Source: Balanoglossus misakiensis (Eukaryota > Animalia > Hemichordata). Taken from it: a stretch of 64,000 bases of DNA. The notes below the pieces were generated by a model. The model was not told the DNA's origin. It worked only from the letters and a program-made list of their open reading frames with translations, and ran no database searches. Where the stretch lies: contig CM082594.2 of NCBI GenBank assembly GCA_040954595.2, forward strand, positions 7,819,573 through 7,883,572, read 5' to 3'. Position 1 is the first letter of the stretch. Each line of letters opens with the position of its first letter. The translations under genes and the position numbers were made by a program. This document shows, one piece after another, positions 1 to 10,312 of the stretch.

Positions 1-1586
1 AGAAGTTGAACCAGTGTTTTCGCACACAGAACCTCTGTTGTTAGGAGTCATGGTCTCGGCATCGACAAGACTTGCGATTCATTTAAATGAGACTCTGGCC
101 TCGCCCTTTGCTGAGCACATTTACAGTACACATGATACGTTATTTAATTAAACTGAAAATGTTCCAAAAATGACAGAAATAGCAAGAGCCTGCTTGGGTG
201 AACATGAATGGAGCTTTAAAATTTGCCTGCAGAATGCTTGTTTACCTGAAAAATCATGATGATGAGAAAATGAAAATATCATGCACAAGTACATGTAATA
301 GATAAATACAGAACATGCTGCTCAGGATTTACCCTGCAACTTCACTGGATCTTTTTTTCCTGTTATCATATCAGAATATTGATTTGGTTTTTCCTCAACA
401 GACACAACCATCAACGTTATTCAAAGACCAGTTCTTTTGTGTTTTAGGGGAAAAGTTATTTGAGTTTTTGATTCTTACAGCACAACATTGAATCATCGAC
501 TGTCAGGAAGCAACCCTAAAATCCATCTCTGGTAACATCATAGATTATTAAATACACCAGTGACCCTCTCGGTACATTCCAAAAAGTACTGGTATGTCAT
601 TGTAGTACTTACACATTAGACCTGTACACAGTATCAATATCTATTTTCTCATAATTTCCGTGTAGTTGAATGACAACACAACCAAAAGGGCAAAGTCTGT
701 CATCGGCTGCCAAGTAGGATTTATTTGTTGTGATAATGTGCATGTATTTGGCAGTGAATTATTAGTTGTCAAAGTGCCTGTCGTATAGGCTAACTAAAAT
801 ATGTGCTATTTGAATTGTACAATACTCCTGGATGACACATCGGGTATTTGTGTACTGAAACCCGACTGAAAAGGATACCCTGTTTAATGTTTGACAGAAG
901 TGTCAAATCATTCAATGGATATCTTTATTTGCATGTTGGCCACTACTGAGCCAGACATGGATAACCCTGTAGTTAAACTGGAACCAAAATAGATGCTAGC
1001 GATCGATTTCTCTTAGTATCTTCTTTTTCATTGCGCAATGAAATCCAGAGCTTTCATGCAGGCAGATGAAATGATCAGAAAAAATAAATAACTAAAACCA
1101 TGCAACTGACAACTAGAGAGATACGAGACACAGGAGCACAATCACCGCACGAAAAAAGAAACAAAGAGAGTTTATCCAGGAAAGATTGACCATAATGAAG
1201 CCGGAAAGCAGCAGCAGGACCCCACGGATAACAACAGGAAAGGTGGGGGGGGGGGGACCATACCTGGTACATGTAGGAGAATAAAGAGCCATCCGTAAAA
1301 CTGCCACGGTAATGAATTTCATCCTCCTCTAAGAAGTTAACCCTCGTAGATTTGCGTTTCTTTCGAGTGACATTGCTGTCGACCGAATCACTCGCATTGT
1401 CACCCTTTTGCAGCGTGCGTTTTAGAAAATGAAGAAAATTACACAAAACTAGTCAAAGTTAGAATTGGAATCAAACAACACTTCAATGCGATAATCATCA
1501 CCAATTAAGACATGTACTTCTCCTTAAAACTATCATGTTATATTTTCTTAAAACCATCCAAAGCACAACAAAACCCTGAAACAAAC

Positions 1587-1992
1587 CTCCTTGATGTTGC
1601 TTCCCTGCCTGCCAATGATTGACCCCACGACCTCCTGCGGAACTTTCACCTCTACGATCTTTTGGCAAGCGATGGCTATATCCTGAAGCTGCTCTTCTGA
1701 AAAAAAATTAAAACACAGGAGATTTAATCAAAATGAATATTCCATATCTTTCAGTAGAGTGATTTTCCATGTGGATGGATTTTCCTGTTCTGTTTCATTA
1801 CTTTGCTAACAATAGTGGCCATCACTCAAATATTATATTGATCATATGAACAAAAAGAGCGTTACACAGGCATATGTAAATTAAGGGTGATTGCCTACCT
1901 TCTTTTCTCTTGTACAGAAGATACAGCAACGCTGCTGCGGCAGGGACTGTTATAGCCAAGGCTACATACTGACCAGTGGAAAGACGACCCAT
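1587..1992 (-). CDS. TDRKH: Tudor and KH domain-containing protein (TDRKH/PAPI), first two coding exons; gene continues off the left edge
   Basis: Exon 1992-1899 encodes MGRLSTGQYVALAITVPAAAALLYLLYKRKE (N-terminal membrane anchor plus basic flank). Exon 1696-1587 encodes EEQLQDIAIACQKIVEVKVPQEVVGSIIGRQGSNIKE (KH domain GxxG loop). GT-AG boundaries and phases are consistent. It resembles the recalled human TDRKH N-terminus (LSTIQKIALGLGIPASATVAYILY...VPQEAVKLIIGRQGANIK). Confidence 0.85.
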
Positions 1993-2388
1993 TGCTAATC
2001 TGCCCTTGAAATAATCCTATACAATATCATCATTTGGAGTCAGAATCACCGAATGACTACCTGTGATGCGCAAAAATAAGCAAATGCAGTGGCAGAGAGA
2101 CTGAGGGGTTTACGCGGTGTGAATATGAACCACCACTAACGCAGTTCCGCCAAATCAGATGTAATCACATACATTCAATCTCACCAGTAATGATGAAATT
2201 GCCGCGGCCGTTTCAGATTGTTCACTCAAAGCCGTCGGCTCGTGGGCAAATTCAAGAATACTGGACAGTAGAACACACTTATTAGATGCATCTAACTATA
2301 CACTGTCAACTTTACCTTGAAGGAGACCGGGCAAAGTATTTCTTAGCGACAGTAAATACGCCTGCCCAGATCACTCTCCATCTCTGGT

Positions 2389-2415
2389 GGCCGCCATGTT
2401 TCCCCGCATCACGTG
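2389..2415. promoter_or_regulatory. YY1-like motif (GCCGCCATGTT) and E-box (CACGTG) in the divergent promoter region between TDRKH and Roco paralog A
   Basis: Motif matches lie just upstream of a minus-strand 5'UTR-type donor near 2314. Function is inferred. Confidence 0.4.
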
Positions 2416-2691
2416 ATGGGATGGATGAGAGAAATGAGCAACCTTTGACCTGAATTCCTGGAAACTTTACTTTCACTGTTGTGTTGCCATGCCAACCAAA
2501 GCAACATTTAGCTTTCACTCTCGCTATGGCAAACGTGTCGTTTATTCTACATCACATCTGTCTGTCTTTTATCGTCGTTAATTTAATCATTTATCAAAGG
2601 TGATTTGTTCTTGTATTAAAAGGAGGGCGCTTGTCTCATTTTATTGGAGGGAAATCCAAACATCTCTGGTAATGCATTTGTTGACCTTTTG

Positions 2692-2702
2692 GGGGATTTC
2701 CC
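2692..2702. promoter_or_regulatory. NF-kB (kB) site GGGGATTTCCC upstream of Roco paralog A
   Basis: Matches the GGGRNWYYCC consensus. A partial site GGGAAATCC lies at 2649-2657 and GGGGACTTCC at 3627-3636. Confidence 0.5.
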
Positions 2703-3765
2703 TCAGTGGAACCGTCACCAAAAGTCTTAGTGATGCTAAATTTAGTACAGTTGAGTCACTACTGTAAACGCATGGTTACTGAAATGCGACAACAGCTTAC
2801 TTTTGAAACAAGACTTGTAGATGTCAGGAAAGTAGCGCATCCTTATATCATATATAGCACTTAACTTTATACCATCAACGATCGATGTTTGTCGGTTTGC
2901 ATTCACCTGTTCGAGAGCGCTTATACACCTGTATCAACCATATGCATCTTGTTTATCGGTTTACGGCATTTAGAAGGTAGGCGAGTGTCAAATATCACGT
3001 TACTTACGTGTTTCTGTGTACATCATGTCTGTTGCTGAGCGACAAACTCTTGAGATACATGATAAGCAGCATATCATTCTATAAATAGGATTTTAAAAAG
3101 TATTTTTCTTTCCAGAAAACATGTACTACTCAAATATATGAATATGCTTTATATTCGTTTATTTTCCTCTCATTCGGTTTTTGTGTGTTTTGTTGAACGT
3201 CTTGAAAAGCATCTGATGTATAACAGTTTTGGCCACAATCCATCTGCCTTGGTTAAACACATTCCATGCTCCAAGTGAATTCTGGGTAACTAGAAATCCT
3301 GCCTTTCCAGCTCCCATCTCTCACTACACAAATCATACCAATCATAGACTGTGCAATTGATGTCTGCTTTCTGTCATACTTTGCATGGGTTCAACACATA
3401 CAGTATATTTAAAATGAGTATCTCGTGTGTTTTGTTTGCTTGCGTTTTTTCCTTGTTCTTGAAAAGCGTGTCAAGTAGTGACATCATCCAGAGTTCACTA
3501 AAGGGACAGAGTACAGTTGGCGGAAGACCAAATTCTGCTTTGTAGGGCATTATGGGAAAAACACCACACAGTAGCTCGATGACAGTGTTTTGTTTGATTG
3601 AGGTGCATGTTTTTGTATTATGTTTGGGGGACTTCCTACACCCCCTTAACATTACCGCTGCTTAGACCATGAATATGGCTACAATTGGCTTATTTTACAC
3701 TTCAACTGTCACTACAAACAGCCACTGGAACCGGACAGTTGCAGTCAGATCGCCAGACGAGTGAA

Positions 3766-6700
3766 ATGTCAGATGAACACAACAAAGCAAGACTAGAGCG
3801 ATTGCTCAAGGCATCAAAATCTGGAGACCTCATAGAAATTCAAGGTTTATTGAGACCTTCAGAAGAATGGGATCATCACAAGTTGGTTGATGAAAAAGAC
3901 AAAGTAAGTATATCTGATTGCACAAAGCTTTCAACAAATTGTAAATATGCATCAAGTTGAATGAAATGATTTTGGCATCTAACTGAGGTACAGTTTTTGG
4001 CCATGATCTAGGGTATGTAAACAAAACACATGGGTATATCCCTCAACTACAAAGGTATTTATGGCTGTAATGTTTTGTTAAATATGGGAACCTTTAACCT
4101 TATAGGCATGCCACTTTGGTTTTATTTTACAAAAGGAAGATTTGATGAATTCTTTCATTTTATGGTCAAAATTGAGTCTTTCTTGTCTGTGTGGTTTTGC
4201 AGTATGGGAATTGCTCTTTGCATCATGCCTCGCAATTCGGTCAAGTGGATGTGGTGAGACAGCTGATAGACTTTGGAGCAGACATAACACAGAAAAATAA
4301 GGTATTTGGATTGAATATTAACAGTTATGAGTCCGTACTGTAGTGGCATACCTTTAAGTACTGGTTCAATCCTCTCATTTTTAGTGGGACGGTATGAACA
4401 CACATACTGAGAAATAGTAATGAAAGGACAAATGGTGGTGGACTGGAGTGTGTATGGCCATGCGTTAGGATGAATCAGTTTGTGCCAATTAATGTGGGCT
4501 TGTGTGTGTGGGTTTGTTCTCATATGCGTGGGTGTGTACGGTATGTATGTTACCATTAGCGTACGTGCCTGAAATATGCATGATGCCAGGAGCTAGCCAC
4601 ACATTATACTTTCATTGCTTATTTGACACTTAGATTCATGAATACCTGAGTTGGTCACTAATTTAATCACTAGCAATGACACGATTGTAGCAGGTTTCAG
4701 GAATGAGCCTGCCAAAATGTCCCCCCTGATCCTTTGTAAAGAATGCTAATTGTTCATGTCTCTGTCAAATGTACAGCATGGCTATAGTCCACTCCATTGG
4801 GCCGCCCGCTACAACCAAGTTGATGTCCTTCGAGTTCTTCTGGGCTGTGGTGCAGACATCGACAGCATGAGTGAGGTGATTGTATTTTCATATTTGTTAA
4901 AGTTATGTCCCAGTCTGTTCATGTCACCACCATGATACCTTGAATATGATCAGTTTTGACACAGGAGGGAAGCTGAAACATTCTCTCGATCTTCCTTCCC
5001 TAGGATGGCATTGCTCCATTGCATGAGGGAATTGCGAAGGGCAACTTGAACGTCGTCAAGATACTGGTGGAAAAGGGAGCAGATATCTGTCTCCTGTACA
5101 AGGTGCTGTACATTTTATCAAGTTATTATTGGCCAAATTTGCATTGAACTTTTCTTGCATCTTTATTATCATCTCATTTGCCTTTTCTAACGAATGCGTC
5201 TCTGTCACCTGCAGAAAAATATGTCACCTCTGTACTTATTAGCAATGAAAGGCAGCTACGACTGTTGCAGACTACTGTTGGAAAAAGCACACAACAGGAA
5301 AAATATGGTCAATATGCTGACTAGGGTACTGTAATCCAGAGATATATTAATATTGTATTAGAAATACTCAAGGGACATTTTGTTTAATATTGGAAAAGGA
5401 AACACAATTTTTTTTTGCTTTTTACCCTGCCAGGATGGTGAGAATGCACTGCATGCTGCCATCAAATGTGATGTCAATTATTTGGCTTACCACGAAGACA
5501 TACATTTGCAAAAGAAAGACATCATGAAAATTATAAATTTACTTCTGCGTGAAGATATTGACACAGAGTGCAAAAACAAGGTCAGTTTAAGAGTTGAAAA
5601 GAATGCAAACATTTACATGCCTTTGTGTAAAAAATATACTAGTATGTAGCTTTCTGAAAAGAGGTGTTCCAAAATTGCTGTTCATTTGTTTGTTTGTTTC
5701 AGCATGGAGACACACCCCTCCAGTTGGCACAGAAAAAAGTCAGGATGTCACATCAGATGAAGCAACCACACTACAGAGCGATTGAAGAGTTGCTGGTGAA
5801 AGTGAGACAGGTAAGAGTCGATTTATGTTGAGAATTGGTTTTGCCGTGATTTCAGAATAACAATCTGTCCAGTAACTACTAATACAGCAGGTACAAGTAT
5901 ATCAGCATCCTCATATTGATTACCAAGTACTGGGGCTTACATTATGTCACCACACAACCATATCTGTTTGTCTTTACTTTGATGTTCCAACATGACTTTT
6001 CAGGAGAAAATCTACAGTGAGTTGATGCGGCAACCATGTATGGCAGATGAAGATAGACGCGTCAAGCTGTACTTTTGTGGACCGAGCGGTGTCGGCAAGA
6101 CAACCCTGAAGGAATCATTACAAAGGGTACTCTTTGTTTCTGCTAGATTTTGGTTTTGTTTCAATTTTGAAATACATCATTTTCAGATCAAATGTGTGAC
6201 TGCATGTTTATCACTCTAAGTTCAGATACAGCAGTAGGAAATTATTCTTTGCCAGTGGGAATTCATTCGAGCTCTTATTGTATTTCATTATTTCCACAGA
6301 AACCCTTGCAAGCAAAATTGACGTGCAGGGACAAAGAGAGAGCCCCCCCTCCGGGTGAAGACCGCCAGAATTCCCCAACAGCTGGCATCCACGTAAACAG
6401 TGTTGATATTCCGAATGCGGGAAAATTCAGCGTCTGGGATTGTGCCGGTCAGGGAGAATACTATCCCACTCACTCCAGAGTCCTCGGATCACGGAATGCC
6501 GTGTTCCTTGTCCTTTATAAGATAGCGGATACGGACAGAGGAATCCCTGGTCAGGTACTCCGGCCAGGGGTTGCAGTAGAACAACAGAAAGAGAAGGTAA
6601 CCATATGTAATAAAATTTAAATAGTGCATTTTGAAGTCACGGAGTGTTTTACTGTAATTTTCTACATATTTCATATGATGTTTGATTGTCAACAGCTACT

Positions 6701-8899
6701 GACATGGTTACGATTGATCAAATCAACATGCGTTGACTGCCAGAACGCAAACAATGACAAATCCCGCGACAAGCCAATGGTGATTTTTGTTGCCAGCCGA
6801 GGTGACTGGGTCGCCAACCACAGGGATGAAGGTAGGTGGATGACCTTTGACACAGAAAGCATCAGAGAGAAGTCTGATGTTCTTGTTATGTGCATACATC
6901 TCTTGTTGGATATTTGAACATAATAGGTCTCAGGATTGATCGAAATGAAGATTTTGATCAGGGTGACTGGTTTCGAACACTACAACACAAACCCTAATCC
7001 AATCCACTGCTGTATTGTTTTCTTCTTCTAGCTCTGAGAGTGGCTCAAGGCATGCTCACTGAAGCCAAGGAAATGTTCAAAGATTCCTTGAAAATCCTGG
7101 ACGACCTGTTTGTCATGAACTGTCACAAATCTCAAGACGATGACATGATAAGACTCCGGAAGTGTTTGAAAGTCACGAAGGAGGAAATACTGAAGGTATA
7201 GTAATTAGCATTGTCATTTGACACTTGGAATACTGTTTTGGTTTAATTTGTAAGTTTTGTGTACTAAACAATAAGAACGGTCACATTTCCTGGTCTTAAT
7301 TTCCCCCAGACTGAAAAGCCATTTCCAAAGTTGTGTGGTGCCATCTTGAAGATCAAAGAGGAATGGGCCATCGACAAGTCGTTTCCTGTTCTGTATTGGA
7401 ACCAGTATGAGAAACGAGTTCGAGAGACAGTGGATGAAAGAGTGGACCAAGATTTCTTGAAGGTTGCTACTAGCTTCCTTCATGACAGCGGGGAGGTACG
7501 TAGATTTTCATTTGTTTTTATGGAATGGTGGAGTATATGGTATGTGCCAAATTAAAGATGAGAGTACATAAACCCATTTTAATTGTTGCGTACGTATTCT
7601 CTTTTTGACCAGTTCCTATACATCAAATGTAGACCCTCCGAAGACATAGTTGTACTGCATCCAGACTGGTTGTGCAAACGAGTGTTCGGTCCAATGTTTG
7701 CCACAGACACATTCCACCAGTACAGCAACAGGTTGAAGGCAGCGTCGACGCATTCCATGCAGGAGCTTCAGACTGTGCTCGGAGACAACGGCAGTTTTAA
7801 ATTACTCCTCCATCTCCTGACTCACTTTGAGTTGATTTTCCCCGTTGTTGCCGACGGCAACGCGTCCACTGAGGAGTTCGTCATTCCGGGACTGCTTCCG
7901 ACCGACATGCCGCCGGATCAGTGGCAAAGCTGCCGGTCCATGGAACACTACTACGGACGGCGCTTCCAGTGCCGGGGCGCCACGGACGCCTTCTCCCCGG
8001 GATTCTTCCCCCGGCTGCAGATCCGGCTGCTCAAGTGCTTCACCCGGATCGGTCTCCCGCCGAGCGGGGTGTGGAGAAACGGAATCAAGCTCTGCAACGA
8101 CGCCGAGGGACTGGTGTACATGACGGCCGACAACAGGGCCGTTCACGTCTGCGTGCGGACGAGGAGGGAGGAGGAAATCGGCGCCTGTTACGATCTCCTC
8201 GAACTCGTCACGTGGCACGTTAATGACATTGCGGCCAGCGCTTGCCCCGGCGCCTCCATAGACTTGTACATCCTCAGTTCCCAGTCGTTAAGAAACCACA
8301 GCAACCAGGAAGATGTCGGATACTACTCTTTCCATGAGATTTGCGAAGCAGAAGACAAGAAGGAAAAGGTGTTTGACAAGAGGATCGGAAGACAGGAATC
8401 CGTCACGGAATTACTGTGTCCCGGATTTGACCGGACATTCCTTCTGGATAAAAGAGAGGAGTGCGATGTCATGTGGTTGTTGCGCGACTGCAGAGAGAAA
8501 TTAGTGACATTGCTTGAGCCCCTTCAGCCACTCTCCAAGGATTACAGAATGATGACTGAGTTCATGGGTTACAAAGTCGAGTATCTGTACAGCCTGGACG
8601 CAAGGTCGCCCGTGGTCCAACGCATGAAGACCAGCCTGCTGCTGGACGACTGGTCGAACAGTTGGGCCCAGCAGAAGCAGCGGGAGAATCGCGGGGAGAT
8701 CGCGGAGCCGGTGGCTGCAGACGACCTTGACCCCGGGGAGGTCAAGTACTTCGAGAGCAGCATCGGCAACCTCATGGCCATCCTGCGTCACATGGACAGA
8801 CACGACGCGGTGTCGGTCATCGAGAGAATGATTCAGAGTTTGGAACTGGAGCCCAGCGCTGAAACGCAAGAATGCAACTCTGTGTGCGGGCCAGATTGA
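3766..8899 (+). CDS. Kinase-less DAPK-like Roco protein A: ankyrin repeats - Roc GTPase - COR - death domain (about 997 aa, 13 coding exons)
   Basis: Exons: 3766-3903, 4203-4301, 4777-4875, 5004-5102, 5215-5325, 5434-5580, 5703-5810, 6004-6126, 6300-6596, 6696-6831, 7032-7195, 7310-7495, 7613-8899. All are GT-AG and in frame. Ankyrin motifs: YGNCSLHHAS, HGYSPLHWAA, DGIAPLHEGI, DGENALHAAI. Roc motifs: G1 GPSGVGKTT, G2 PTAGI, G3 WDCAGQ, G4 VASRGD. COR motifs: VVLHPDWLC, FSPGFFPRLQ, VWRNGI. A death-domain-like region is C-terminal (REKLVTLLEP...DYRMMTEFMGY...LLLDDW...SIGNLMAILRHMDRHDAVSVI). Confidence 0.9.
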
Positions 8900-10312
8900 G
8901 AATCATATCTGACTCTGAAAACTTGAGTGCGAGCAAGCAACAGAACCCTGTATGATATGCAGGTTTACATTCCCATTCAGACATATCAGAAAACTGTCAG
9001 TGTTGCTACATTTGTACCATCAAAGTATTGATGACTGTCAAAAACATTTCTTTCTCTGGGAAAATGTTCAGGACAATACACAATGTATCAAGAAATGAGT
9101 ATAATTTTCAGTCATGTCCAAGATTAATTTTTACAGCCAGACATGTACATAATGCCTTACTGCCAGATTGTATTAAAATATAATTGATACCCTTCTTATT
9201 ATAATGTGGTTATTCCAAATTATATCAGATATTTTTAGCAGAAGAAGCTAATAAACCCATGAATGCACATACCTCTCATCCCCATCACTGAAGTGGTGGA
9301 CACCTTCATCACCATGGCAATTGGCTCCTGACTGCTTGACTAGCACTGTGCACTATGAAGTCTTCAACATATGGGACCAGAGATGACCTTCTACTGATAA
9401 GCCTGGCTTCCAAAGTTCAACATAAATGTTGACATCTGCAGAATAATTCTATCCTAGTGACATAAAATGATCCCAGAGTTTTATCATTGTTATTTGTTTA
9501 TTTATCATTACTCTAAGACAGTCCATCCATGAATGGATGCATTGCAAATTGGAATAATTATAAACATCATGACCATAGATAATGCACGTTATTAAGGTTT
9601 CATTCAGATTGCAAACATTTGTGGATTTATACAGACACTTGGCTCCTGGAGAAAATTTATCTGGACAGTTTCTATCACATGACCAGTCACATGATAACTT
9701 ACTGTACATCAATTTTTGTTTTATATTATATTCATTCCTTAAATTGCCATCTATTGGGTATTAGATAATCATGAAGATTGAAGATTGCAGCATTTTTCTG
9801 CTCCACAGTGACAATGTAGTGGATTGAAATGTTATCAAACTATATTGGTTTTGGCAGTACAGCGTAGAAACATAAAGATCAACTTTATGTTCAATCTTGG
9901 TTTGAAACAATAATATATTACTATTCTTTTGTACTGAACAGAATTACAGACCAGTGATTGTCTCTCTTTGACATACACAGACAAGATTTTTGGAATGTTG
10001 TTTTAGAGAGAGAAAAATTTCTCCTTTTTTTGTTTCTTTTTCCATTGACATACCATTGTTGGTTCAACTTTGACCTTTTGAACTTGACATACTGGTACGT
10101 TACATGTTCGTCTGCAAGGCTGATACTTCACTCTTGAACTCGTTCAACTCTCTAGCTAACCTTTGAACTTTGTGGCCCCTTTCTCCACAAGTTTTATCCG
10201 AAAAACCGCAATTACTGAAGATACAGCTTATCCATTTTCTCTGAGGGTACTGATTGCTCATTTTCATCCGTCTTCTTCGGTTCATGTACGGTAAATGAGG
10301 ATGGGTCAAAGG

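Noticed and set aside
7802-8869. Overlapping alternative-frame and antisense ORFs (100-138 aa) in paralog A's last exon; similar ORFs at 11040-11671 in paralog B
   Set aside because: By-products of GC-rich codon usage in the COR exon; no recognisable motifs.
9273-9435. Minus-strand AG...GT-bounded exon-like segment between the two paralogs
   Set aside because: Stops in all three frames and a weak polypyrimidine tract; cannot be supported without RNA data.
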